The notes under the pieces are model-generated. The model saw nothing but the letters and a program-made list of their open reading frames with translations. It did not search any database and had not been told where the DNA came from. 64,000 nt of DNA from Phoronis australis (lineage: Eukaryota; Animalia; Phoronida), in contig NMRA01000349.1 of the NCBI GenBank assembly GCA_002633005.1, forward strand, positions 368,684 to 432,683, read 5' to 3'. Of the stretch, positions 51,843 to 64,000 are shown in pieces. A program made the position numbers and the translations under genes. Every line of letters starts with the position of its first letter. The first letter of the stretch is position 1.

Positions 51843-52914
51843 CCCTAGTCGTTTTATGGTTTAGTCACGTACTAACCAATTATAATACACAGCAATGTCG
51901 GAACAAAGAATTCTGGGTACTTATGATCTTATTATAACATCTCAAATCATGCATCCAAAATGTATTTTTGATTCATTACCACCTTTACAGTTTAACTAAA
52001 ACAAGTGCCATTCAGTAAATTCAACATTTTTCCCGTTTTGTGAAACAACGACAAAAAGCAGTTTTTACTGCAATAGATTAATTCCAAAAATGTGTGTTTG
52101 TGTCATGGTTATTCTACCAAGAAAACTCCAAAGCCTTGGTGACGTGACATCAAACAACGTTGCATGTTTGAACTTTGACCTTCTGTTCACGTCATAGGCT
52201 CGAAGTACGGAATGCATACTAATAGGTGACGACGTTGCACACTTTTTGCCCCCCCCCCCTCTCCTGCTCTCAAACTTCAGATTTCCCTTCGCTGGTTGTC
52301 GCCGGTAAACACCTGATGGCAGCCACAAGAAACTTGGGTACCGCCAGTTTTCAACAAAATTTCACCTACTTTTTTACCTGAACACGATACGTGCGTTACG
52401 CGTCTAGGGAATGATTTTGACTTGCATAGGAGTATGAAATTCAATTCATCACTTTGCCCAAATCACTTTTATGGGGTATGTAAGTAACGTAGGAAGTCCA
52501 ACCGTGGGCTGCGAAATCAAATTCTTTCAAAATAAGCTTCTAATAGTCAAAAAACGCCTCTATTTGAAATATGATACATAGACATGGAAATCAGAACCAA
52601 TGAACTCTTACAGGTTACCAGACAAGTTGGACCATCAAATCGCCCAGGCACCGTAAACATCAACGGCACTGATGCACTAGCGGGGTGCGCGGCATTTGAG
52701 TTGACAGCAAGTTAAATTAAATTTTAAGACTTTCCAAACCTGTAATTTTCATACCATTCCCGAAGGCATACACGAATATAAAAGTGGAAAAATGGCCGTA
52801 TCCCAGAAATTTTCAGATTTTTTCCGTGTTGAATTACAGACCCGCCCGTAGCCAGGGGGCTCGGTGGAATTCTCCCGCGGAAAAGTTCCAGCCCCAGCAT
52901 TTCTGTTACGGATA

Positions 52915-52930
52915 GTATACATACATACAT

Positions 52931-52971
<41 letters not shown>

Positions 52972-53010
52972 CATATACAAGTCATATATATATATATATA
53001 TATATAATAC
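52915..53010. repeat. (TA)n/(TACA)n microsatellite
   Basis: Directly visible in the sequence. Confidence 0.95.
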
Positions 53011-56000
53011 ATGTTTGTATGCAGATGTGGAGTTATTATCTGAAACCTTGAAGTGGGCTAAATTTTTGAGACCTCTTCCGGGGTATATATATAATATATA
53101 GCCCACAAGTATAAATGTCCCATTACGTGAATGCAGTACATAGCCCGCAACTTTATATGTCTCATTAGATATATGCCCCAGTATCCCGGTTTTCCCTTGT
53201 TCTTACAATCCACCCAATATACAAGCCCGCAATTATATATCTGTCACTCCTCTAAAGACCACTGAAATAACGTGCATGCGTCCACAACAGCTTTTACCAC
53301 TTTCAAACTTAGAAGTGTATGATGCTTTTATCTGTTCATTATTCAACGTGAGCAGATGACACCTTCTGATGAAACAGTTGATAAAAATACGCTTCTACAA
53401 ATACATGGACACCACCGTGAATGACATTCTTACTTAATTCGCCAATAAAAACTCTCGGAAATGAAAACTTAATCATGTATTGATCTGGTACACAGTGAAC
53501 TATAAATACCCAAATTATCTTTAAAATCAAATGATGGGTACCAAAAATAGAGGATACATGTACATCCATAGGAACAATGCTTGTGATATACATGTACAAA
53601 CAGTTTCATCCTGTGCACCACATGGATCTTAGCAGGCTTCCAGTCACAATTTTAGAATTAGACCATCTTAGTAATAATTACAACTAAAATTGTAATTAAA
53701 GAAAAATTGACAGTTTTAGATTAAATCGTGTTTGCTTTTTTCATACAAAATATCTTATACAAAGTGATTACCATTCTCAATAACTGAAAGCAGTTATTTT
53801 TAAAGATGTGTAAATTGCAAAAACTGCAATGCCATTTGCCTGTATTGTCTAATTAACAAAACTCAGGTTCTGAAAGGCTGTGGTTGAAGTGATGATGGTG
53901 ATGATGAAGACCCCCAGGGAATGGAGGCGGCACTATATAGCTTATAGCACAAAAAACATAATTATGATATTCATTGTCACTCTCATTATCGAGGGCAGAT
54001 CCTGTTAACTTTGCTACGCCCTTATTAAATGTCCTGCCATCATCACTTTGTGCATCACAAACAGATCCCGATGACTCTTTTCCCACCCCCATGGAGACTC
54101 TCGTATTGTCATTATCACTTTCAGCATCATTGCATAGTTTGGGAAATTTTCCTTTATCCTAGAAGTTTCCAGACTTCATACTTTTGATGACATTTATTCA
54201 GTGTATCACCTGGAAATGTAATTGAAGTTTTTAAACATACATTTTGCTATGACAAAGTTTGAAGATTGGGCAGGATGTTCTTTCCATAATAAATGCATTG
54301 TGAAAGCTGTCGTAAAACAGTTTTGTTACAACTGTCTAAGACTTAATTTTAGGGAATTACAGGCATTTTTTGTATATTTTATTAAACTTAGGCCGGACAG
54401 GTATCTACTTAGTTTCAAGATTTTTTACACTTTTCACAATTTTCTTAAAGCAGAACTTGAATCATTTGACACGTATCCTTGCACACATTGCAAAAGCTGT
54501 TATTCCTGTGAGGTATATATTTAGGTACGGACTCTTTCGTTATACTTTACGAGTACGTCTCGTTCATATGGTGAACTATTTGTCACCAGTGGAGTATGTA
54601 TTTAGCTATGAGGTTTGTACATTAGAGCAACCAATTTTTATTGTCACACTAAGGATTGGATCTAACATTGGAGCTTCGGACCATAGACACGGATCCTACA
54701 TTCTTACTAAAATATACTACAGCTTTAACACAAACAATAAATATGACATTAACAATTATAATAATAGCAATAATTTTGTGATTTCTTTGTAGTTCAAATC
54801 TGTTAGGTGTGTCCCCTTTAAGATTCCTGCAGGTCGATAGTACAAGGGGGAGTTAATCGGAAACACGTTTTAGGAGCAGTGACCTTTTAGGTTTCTGAAT
54901 TCAGGGGCGTTTTTCTTATTATTACTTTCTTTTTTATAGGTTTGTGGTCTGAAGACCGAAGGACTTTTATTCTAAAGAGTGTTAACTCAAAAAATGTGCT
55001 TTGTTTGTTTGTGAAAATTTGAATTCACTTATAAAGGACACTAAACCATGTTTTGATGATTTTAACCAATCCTACTCCTGTCACCTGCTCATGAATCATT
55101 GGCGTCAATCTTGAAAGAGCTGGAATTAACTAAAAACTCGTACCCCCTATCTCGCCTTTTGGTCCTTGGTGGGTGGTTTTTTCCCAAAGTTTCGTGTAAT
55201 TCTCTAAAGCGTAGGTTGCGCTTGGCTATTGAGCAGACTTTCAAGAGAGTTTCAAAATTTTCCGAACTTTTCAGAGTTATCGAGAGTTACAGGCCGTTAT
55301 TTTGTTCCAGAAAACTGGATAGTAAAGTCCATTTTGTATTTGTTGATAAGTCAAGACCGGGTTTGGCATCCTTTTGATTTTCTGAAGTGTCTTCGGTGGG
55401 AAGACCTACTGGTCTGATTGGTTCACAGAGCATTGCATTTAACAATAAACCTTATTAGCAGGCATGAAAAATTGTCAGGTAACTATATTGCCATGACCAC
55501 GAGAAAAATGCCGAAAGAGCCCTACATTTTCAAAACCAAGTCGTTATCATTTGCATTCATAATTCTTAATTGTGCTCAAATGTACTAAAACAGCAGTTTT
55601 GTATAAGCTCTGTTGTAATGTCATCACGAGTTTACCTGCGTATAAAGGCCCTATCAAAAATGTATAGTGTCGTCCAGCCCCCTTCGCAGCATTGTTTCTA
55701 CTTTCCTGCAATCTTGAAAATAGCTTATACAAACATTTTCACGAAAGACATCGCTCTTGTCGGTTAGCGGCAGATCATGACGAGGGTTGTTACAGCGACT
55801 AATGCGGACAAAATTTAAGGGACACTTCCCCACTGTGTTGTTTAAGAGACGTTCACAAATTTGCTCGTATCTTCTTTGATTGCACAGTGAATGAAGATCA
55901 GAGAAGAGCTTTTCCAGACACTTGAACAATACACAGATACTCACAACGCTTACTCAGAATTCAATAAAGTTCTTGATAAACTAAACCTTTTGGTTATTGG

Positions 56001-56268
56001 ATATAGAAAAGTTGATATCAGTAACAATGTGGCGTTATTCTAAAAAGTTGCTGAATTTCTGTTTCATGATTTGTTGCTTAAACTGACGGTGACTGCATGA
56101 ATGTACCTTACCTCCAAATTCACAAACACGTTATTTGTTCTCAAAATCTGTATAACAAGTAATCATCATTATCTTATTATGCATTCATATTAAAATTTAG
56201 TGTAACATTATTTTTGCATTTCTAATGGTAATATTGTACACATCGTTGAACTTCTTGTTGCATTTGAA

Positions 56269-56346
56269 TATTTATCCCATATGCGTTAATTTATCCCATA
56301 CGCGTTAATTTATCCCATACGCGTTAATTTATCCCATACGCGTTAA
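56269..56346. repeat. 19-bp tandem repeat, 4 copies
   Basis: Unit atttatcccatacgcgtta. Confidence 0.92.
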
Positions 56347-56369
56347 ATAAGTCGATTGCAATACTGCCA

Positions 56370-57153
56370 TGTGGTGTTGTTTTGCACCACCGGGACTACT
56401 TTAACTGTGTCCTCTAACATGGTGTCAGAATATAGACTGACACTGTTTTTTGTATTGTTTTGTTTTGTTGTTCTGTTTTACTGGCATGGCCCCTGAGTTA
56501 AGTACAGTGATGATGTAATTTGTTTACTGTGGAATAGTGTGGAACTTTCTAGAAGACTGAGGTCAGCACAATGATGATGTCATTTGTTTACTACAGTATA
56601 GTGTGGAACTTTCCAGAAGACTCTAGCGAGACAGTGATTAATGCAGTCAGGAATATTCTATAGACTGGCACATGTTTGTAGAATGATTGGGTAGATTCAG
56701 GAAAGTTCTAGAATGTGCTCGAATTGATGAAAAGTTCTAGAACAATGCATTAGGCTATAAATACACAAGCACGGGTTTGTGTTAGTAGGTTAATCAGAAG
56801 TTAAGCAGAAGAAAAGCAGTTAAGCAGTTAAAGAGTTGCTTTGAAGAGAATCAGCAGTTAACAGCGATAGTCAATAGAGAGCCAGCTATAGAGACAGCAA
56901 GTTAATGAATCAACGAGTGTAACAGTTGCTGCAAGTGTCTCAGAATTTCATCACAAGTCAGGGCTTCGCAGCACTGGCTGGAGCATAAAACAGACATTAC
57001 GTCGGTCGTTTTGTTGGAGTAGGCTTGTGAACGTACGGTCTAGATTAATAAAGGATTAACTCGAACTAGTCTTCAGTCTATCATCGCACCGAAAGCTATT
57101 AGCACCGGTCTGTAACAACCTGCGTCTACCCACACACGGGGGAAAACGCGACA
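56370..57153 (+). mobile_element. Solo-LTR-like element
   Basis: TG...CA ends with an imperfect IR (tgtggtgtt / aacgcgaca), internal direct repeats, TATAAATA at 56756 and AATAAA at about 57047. No TSD found. Confidence 0.55.
56541..56763 (+). promoter_or_regulatory. Cluster of heat-shock-element-like motifs upstream of a TATA box
   Basis: gaactttctagaa (56542), gaactttccagaa (about 56606), gaatattc (56651), gaaagttctagaa (56701), gaaaagttctagaa (56729), then TATA at 56756. Confidence 0.55.
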
Positions 57154-57572
57154 TATGGAAAGTTCAAAACGTAGGTGAATGTCGACTCGATGTCGTTTCT
57201 GCTGGCTCGATCATCAAACTTTCCCAAAATAGTTTAAAGTAAATAAATTTGCATCAGTTTTAATAACACCCAACATTTAATTAGGTACCGAACATAACAT
57301 CTGTTACAAAACTTAATTTTATAACATTTCTGCCTCGGTTTTATTTGCTAAATAATACACAGTATCGTCTGCAACTGGAGCACCGACTTCTGTATCCTTG
57401 GTACAAAGCTGTATAGTCTTCATACAGCTAGCTGACTGGCTACGACTCTTGGTAACTACAGTGTTGAATATTGTAATTTTTTAATTATTTTCAGAAAACA
57501 TTACAAGTTCCATGCTCGAATATGATTGTTGTTTATCTCGTGTCAAGTAATAAATCGTTACCATACTGTTTC

Positions 57573-57800
57573 CAGGATTTTGAGTTAGGAGTTAGGGGGA
57601 GTCAGGGCACAGGAATAACCACAATTTCGCCATGAGGGTCTCGAATATTTGTGTTAGTGAACCTCGTTACTAAAAAAAAACGGTAAACAGGATTTGTTCA
57701 AGTCCTATGTATTGTGCATTCGCTCCCCCAAATGGTATCTAGAAGATTTTTAGGGGGGGGGGCATGTCCCCCTTTGCCTCTCCCCCTAAATCCGCCACTG
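57573..57800. mobile_element. Deleted copy of the 17123 MITE family, 5-bp TSD GTTTC
   Basis: gtttc|caggattttgagttagg ... aaatccgccactg|gtttc. Confidence 0.75.
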
Positions 57801-58472
57801 GTTTCTTTTACAAGAGTAAACGTGTAACATAACGCGCAAGCACATGCATCTAGGGTGTAATCCGTAACGTGAACAGTCTGGGTGAAATATTTTGAAAAAT
57901 CTGCAAAAAATAAAAGAAACTTTTCATTCGGAGTGTATGGGATAAATACAAAACGTACCAAGTGTGGCGTAGGTGAAATAATATCTCACGAGACATTTTT
58001 CCGCGTATCCACCGAGACAAATCCATATGTAAGATTGTGTAGTCATCTTTGTGTATGGACGTATGTGTGCGTGTGCGTGCGTGTGTGATAAAATGCGCCT
58101 TCGTGGTGCATCACTGTTCAAACCATTTCCGGTACCAAAACTGGGGTAAAAATTAAAACCACTTCACGAACTTACGTTGCCACACGTCCCATTCACGTCT
58201 CTCTCGTCAACTTCACCCTTGAGCAGCTGAGTCGAGTGAACTTGGACTTCCGCTTAACCTCAAGTTCGCGTAAATTTCATGATTAAAGTAATCAGGTTAA
58301 AGTTTTTGCTCACTGTCTAGAATTAGAAACCCCACGATTAACTATCTTCCTAGTTTTCGCACCTTGTGTAACAAAATTGGAGGAATAGTGTGAACCAACT
58401 TGTTTGGGTAAATGGTCCTAAGATCGCCGAAAGTTGAACTCGCAATAATTGGATAAAATTTACATAGTTTTA

Positions 58473-58706
58473 GTAACGTAGAAAATATATCTGAAACTAA
58501 ATAAGGCGATCCAGATCCTCCCAAGGATACTATTGTTTCATGAAATGAAGAATATAAATCGGTAAATAAAACAACAAGAATGGATCAACTGAAATTTGAA
58601 ATTTTCGGATGTAACAACTTCCTTTATTTTTGTTGATAAAGGAAGTTGTTACATCCGAAAATTTCAAATTTCAGTTGATCCATTCTAGTTGTTTTATTTA
58701 CCGATT
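58473..58706. repeat. Copy of the 15406-15570 dispersed repeat ending in a fold-back palindrome with 71-bp arms
   Basis: Arms 58557-58627 and 58636-58706 with one mismatch. Flanking 14-bp direct repeat catagttttagtaa at 58463 and 58707. Confidence 0.9.
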
Positions 58707-61700
58707 CATAGTTTTAGTAAAACGTGATGTCACTAATGACCTTCGACCATGGAGACTCTGGTAAGTCTTCTGTTGCCGGGTCGTTGATTCGGAACTCCTT
58801 GGCCGGTACTTCTAACCTGTTTACAAGGCTCATACTCTGACGTCACGGATAGCGTGTTCAGCCAATCTAGAGGATCTGTGCTGGGGACAAGGGTACTTTG
58901 AAAGCCTCAGACTCAAGTCAGAAAAACCGTGACACACGGTGTTTTGTAAGGCCTTGTGTGTAGATCTGAATCTCTACGCCACCCCCAGTTTGACTGCAGA
59001 GTATCCGAACAGACCTTCTAATTCTCATCACCACTGCACCAATATGAGTACGTACGAGACTTACAATGAAGTTTGCTCCAAATACGACATTGGACGACAA
59101 GCTGTTGGAACGGAACTGTACACCAGTTTTCTGTCAAGCCTCAAACAGCCATTGGATCGGGTATGTTGAATGTGTATGCTAAGGAACTCCAACTCTGCGC
59201 TAGTGGAGGCGTTGTACTTCGTTACTATGGTTGTGCATAACCGAAATACGCGTTGTTGCGTCGGTACGTTGAAAACAGCAATGTTAGCCTCCAGGCAACT
59301 TCAGCGAACCCATGGCATCACTGAGTTGCGCGCGGATAACTAAGTTTCGCCTTCAAATACATGTGTATTTCAACTAAAATCATATTAGTACACTGGTCAG
59401 GGATAAACTTTTGTGTAGTGTGTTCTTTATATATACTCTGGTAACAATATCAATCTGTATGACCAGCATCTCTACGTGGCGGTTCATAAATATATTCACT
59501 TCACTTTACAAGTATCAAGGTCACCTCACAATAGATAGCAAAAGCGGTGACCTTAAAATAGATCACAACAGCGCGGTCACCTCACAACAGAACACAAAAG
59601 ACGGGTCGAACAGACGTCTCGACTTGTGCGCGGGAGTGACACAGTAGCGACGGAAGTCTCAGCCGCACACCATGGCACTCTCCGCAAACCAAGCAGCTCT
59701 CCGTGGCTCTCCGACATTTAGCGTCAATCCACGTCAAGACGACGATCGTGTGCCAATCGTCACACAACATTCCTCCCCGTTTAATTTCAAGGTTTCCCGC
59801 CCAAATTCAAAGAACAATCAAACCAAAGTCGGACTATTCTCAAGATGTACACCAATAGCCAATTGGCTCAAACATTAAACTGACTCAAATTTAAACTTTT
59901 TGTTCCAAGTTTTTCTTTCCATTTCTACAGGCTTAACGTACACGTCAGAACTGGAAACTGAAAAATACAAAAGCAAATTTAAGTTATGAGTTCGCTGACT
60001 CGCGTTCCTCTCCCAAAATTAAACAACGAATAATATATTGCTAACACTCCCGGAACTTGGTTGACTCATCCTTATTTGTATTCAAACAACTTTTTGAAAT
60101 TCCTCAAGGGTTATCTCTGCCAACTCCTCTAGATTCGAATTTCGAATTCTGGAACGGCCACATTCTCCAGCTCATTCACCGAAGTGTAGAGAGTGTGACG
60201 TACCTGACCGTCTGAGGGTGACTATACGGAAAATGAGTTTCCACCATGAGATTGGCCGGATTTGCACGAATTCTCTCCTCCGATCATGCTTGGATGACTG
60301 CCATAACTACAGCCTGTTACTGAGAAGTACGTGTTTGGAAATTGAGCTGACCACTTTAATTCTTACATCGATCGGAGCCGCCACGGGAACGCATGTAATT
60401 CAGGGTTTCAATAACCCGAACAAGATTTCTAGGGTTGTTCCAGGACGTTCCCTAGTATGAAATACCACTGGTCGTCCGCGACCAGCATTGGAAGTTCCCT
60501 TCCACCAAGGTATCCTTCAGCAATTGAACTTCAGCTGATAGTCACTCACTTCTGCCTACCCTACCTGGATATGGTCCCGCCCCTGCAGATCACTTACCAC
60601 CCTATCAGGATCCAGCAGAACTAACCCATCACGTCATCCCATAGTTCTGCATATGTCGTGGATTCACATGCATTGTTTAGAACCCGACTGCAAACTTTTG
60701 GGTCCGAGAGACGACTCACCAGTTCCCAGGGTTTTTTTTTGATCGCAATACACAGCAATACCTGGCCAGCAATGACTTTTAGAGAAGTCAAAACATCAGC
60801 AGACTTTGCCAATTCTATGTACTTGGAGAGTTTTCTCTTACTTGCTGTCTGCGTAGCGATTTGTCCATGGAAGTAAGCGTCACTTTTGGTTTGGTTTGTA
60901 CTATATTGGGACCTTAGTACTAAATCCTCTGTTGTCAGATCAAAATCTGAAATATTATTTTTACCTGCCCGGTCTTAAGTTCCATTTCCGTCAGGTCCAG
61001 CTCATGGTAACATGCGCGCCCCCAGCCTAAAATACTGGAGGCTCGGATTCCATATGCGGACCTTTTACTGAAACAAATCAACGGACTAAAAAAAAAACAC
61101 GGGGCCACTAGTTTCAGGCCTGCCAATCGTGCATCGGCACTGAATTTCTGTCACAGTGTGGACTTTTGTCTCGTTTACTCGGACTTTTTGTTTCATTGAG
61201 GCAGACCTTTTTTGCCCGGCCAATTCGCTACACTGGGGGGGAGGCTCGTTCGAGCTCCCGAGACCCCTGGGTGCGTCCATGCGGAGGACATCTCCATTCT
61301 CTCGTATGAGTCTGTGGGCGTGCACCAGTATTACCCCAGTCACGTGACTGGTTGTCTTGGTCCGGTTGCAAACCATGTCTTTGAACTGTAGGCCTACTAG
61401 GTCCGTACGCTGACCTTGACACTGCAGACGCTCGAGAATAACACGATGGGGCATCATCAACGAACTATTTAAGCTTCGCCAGGCCATGCACTCTGGCAGT
61501 CGGAGGTTGCACACTTTAAAGTGTATTAGCACCTATATTCGGAGGTCTTCACTCTCGGGGATTAGCCCGGTGTAATCTCGTACTCTACTCAGCAGGTCTT
61601 TTACCGAATTGCACCCGAGCATTTCTCCCCAGTTCTATAGAGCCCAGAGGCTAGATCGTTGTCTATGCTTGGTTCTGGCAGATACGTCACCCAACGCCGG

Positions 61701-62389
61701 CCTCAGGAAGACGGTGTTGTATGAAATGGTTGGTCAGGACCAACAACTTAGCGGTTGGAAAACTGGTCAGAACGTGACCGACTATAATCGGCTGATCTTG
61801 CCAGCAAATATGTCCATCAATTCCGACTATGGTCGGCTGGACTTATCCGTGATGTCCGCCGGTCACGACTATGCCTGTCTGACTTGCCAAGATCGACTAT
61901 GGTTGGGTGGACTCAAAGGTCACGGCTGCAGTGTTCGTCTATGGTCGGATTCCATTCCCTACGACACCTACTGCAAGTGACTGGTCAGCCACTCTGCGGT
62001 ATAACGACGGTTGCTCACGCCGATTATGGTCGGCCGAGGTTCTGGTACCGAAATGGGTCGGCTCCGACAATGGGCGGCCGCTCTTCGGGGTCGTGGCGCT
62101 AGCCATCGCCTGCTATGGCCCACTGGTCTTCTTGGCGAAGAGGTGTACTTGGGGCCTCTAGAAGACGACAACGGTGAGTTCCTAGACCCTTGTTGATAAG
62201 GACCCTTCTGGCACGTTTCCTACTACGACGACCCGTGGAACCGAGAGGCTGGCGCTGGTGAGGTCAGGGACAGGGTACCCAAAAGGTCTACCACCTTGTG
62301 AAGTGGTCCCAAAACGCCACTCACGTGTTGATATCCTTCCATTCTGCAATCAGTCTTAAGAACAGTTCAATATCCGTGTCAGTCCTATC

Positions 62390-62552
62390 CTGCATAGACA
62401 ATTTACTGGCTACACTTAAATTCGGGAAGCCTCTTCCTGTGCCAAATGGAAACAGGCAGGATTGTACCACTGTTTGCAGTCGTCATATTGCACCATGGTG
62501 GAACTGTCGTGAGGTTTGTGACAGATACAAAGAGCTGAAGTTCCGTGGACTT
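62390..62552 (-). pseudogene. Decayed PHD-finger coding relic
   Basis: Minus frame reads ALCICHKPHDSSTMVQYDDCKQWYNPACFHLAQEEASRI*V*PVNC: PHD spacing with C-to-Y and H-to-N losses and stop codons. Confidence 0.6.
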
Positions 62553-63055
62553 TAATTTTTCAGCTTCCAAAAGTTTGGGATCGTTTTGCAACCTTACGAT
62601 CCACTCGGGTAATTGACCGTTTTATATTTCTTCCCACTGAACGTCTAAATCGCACTTTAAACAATCGAACTGAAATTCTGGCAACTATAATGTTACTCTA
62701 ACCTGACATCAAAATGTAGGGTGCTCTACAGACCGGTAACAATATTACATCCCTACCTGGCTACCTGAATTGTCTACGTGGTGATTGATAAACAGAGAAT
62801 CCTACACTCGTCTCAGGTTAATGACATGGGCAAAACCTGATTAAAACTTCAAAAACATATTGCTATAGTGGGACACCTTGGGGGGCCGTCGATGTCTTTA
62901 ATTATGTAACTCGAGCAAATCCTTCCTCAATCATTTTTAGTGCAGTCCTTCGTTCAGTTGCCCGAAAGGGCAGCTGGCTATTTTGCGCGCGCCAGGAGAT
63001 ATGACGTTGGTGCACTTAACGAATTCTACATCAGATCATTGGATTACATTTGCAG

Positions 63056-63197
63056 ATCCATGTTCTGGATGCCGGATGTGGAACGGGCAACTTTAGCGTA
63101 GAGTTACTACGGAAAGGCGTTGGCATGGTTACACTGTTCGACGCATCAGAGGGGATGCTTAAAGTTGCCAGACAAAAAGTGGCTAAGTTTGGGGAAG
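63056..63197 (+). CDS. Internal exon of a class I SAM-dependent methyltransferase; other exons not resolved
   Basis: tttgcAG|ATC...GAAG|GTaag, 142 nt. IHVLDAGCGTGNFSVELLRKGVGMVTLFDASEGMLKVARQK (motif I and post-I). Confidence 0.8.
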
Positions 63198-64000
63198 GTA
63201 AGTTCAGTAGCTGGGGCATTATTCCTTCATTATTAGAATGTAGCATATCGTTTGCTGTCCTTACATCAGGAATATACTTAGCCTTTCGTCCAGTCGCCAA
63301 TACGACTAAAACGGTGTTGGGCAACTACAAGATCACTGGTCGCGCCGGTAACCTTACATGGCGAACGATTCAGAGCACAGATGTAGAGTCCAAGTGAAAA
63401 ATATTTGTCTTCCGTGAGTTATTCCACAAATACTGGGCATCCCAGAATTTCGAAGTAGTGTTTTATACGGGATAGTAAATACTTAGTGTACAACTTTACA
63501 ACCACCGTCCGGCAAGATCCTATTCGGAAATTTTGATTTAAAGCCGCTTACCGCTACAAAAAGGGGTGCGTTCTACATATCAAAATTCTTGGGCGAATAG
63601 CGAGATCGCGCAAGTCCACGCAAAATCACGCAAGTGAAAGGTAGTCGATCAGTGTTTTGCGAATATGCTCGATGCCGTGCTTGTAAAATGAAGGCTATTG
63701 AATGGACGTTGCTATTGCAGTATTTACTGTTTTCTTTCTATTGCTTACAATTTTTCACCACCTTGTGCATGTTCCGTAAAAGAGAGAACTTCTTAATCAA
63801 TACGTGAACGCAAATAAGCAACGTCACACAAAACTTCGATAGATATCGCCCAGCATTGCAAGCAAATCACGTAACCACAGTAGTTTTACTGGCGAGACTT
63901 TTGCGTCCACGAAACTGAACCCCTGGTCTTAGCTTGCCGTTTGCTCAGATGCGTGAAGTAATAACTTGGCTAGAAAAGGACTGACACTTCGTTATTGCTT

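Noticed and set aside
62298-62555. Plus-strand ORF (IDNLLATLKFGKPL) as the upstream methyltransferase exon
   Set aside because: No suitable donor, and the opposite strand has a clearer PHD signature.

Overview
AT-rich, intron-rich eukaryotic DNA, most likely from a marine lophotrochozoan such as a mollusc (inferred from gene architecture and repeat types only). (1) 1466-29287 (+): a 5'-incomplete, catalytically intact myotubularin of the MTMR6/7/8 group with a C-terminal FYVE-like finger. Twelve exons map with consistent phases. It has a candidate alternative first exon (9583-9748) and tandem repeats that copy its own splice junctions, including an 81-bp array duplicating the acceptor and first 13 codons of the catalytic exon. 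(2) 29895-34600: a 2.3-kb tandem duplication around a single N, probably an uncollapsed haplotype. (3) 36524-51842: two head-to-head UPF0489/C5orf22-like (arginase-related) paralogs with identical 4-exon structure. Both have N-terminal type II signal anchors, intact DxHxD/DxD metal motifs, extra cysteines and N-glycosylation sequons; this apparently secretory-pathway clade is the best candidate for an undescribed system. Intron 1 of the + paralog holds a 5'-truncated RLE-type LINE (22-bp TSD) and an internally deleted Academ transposon (TAG..CTA ends, GTA TSD). (4) 52-63 kb: repeat-rich DNA with a solo-LTR-like element carrying clustered heat-shock elements, a fold-back palindrome, a decayed PHD-finger relic and one exon of a class I SAM methyltransferase. 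All calls were made by eye, with no database searches.
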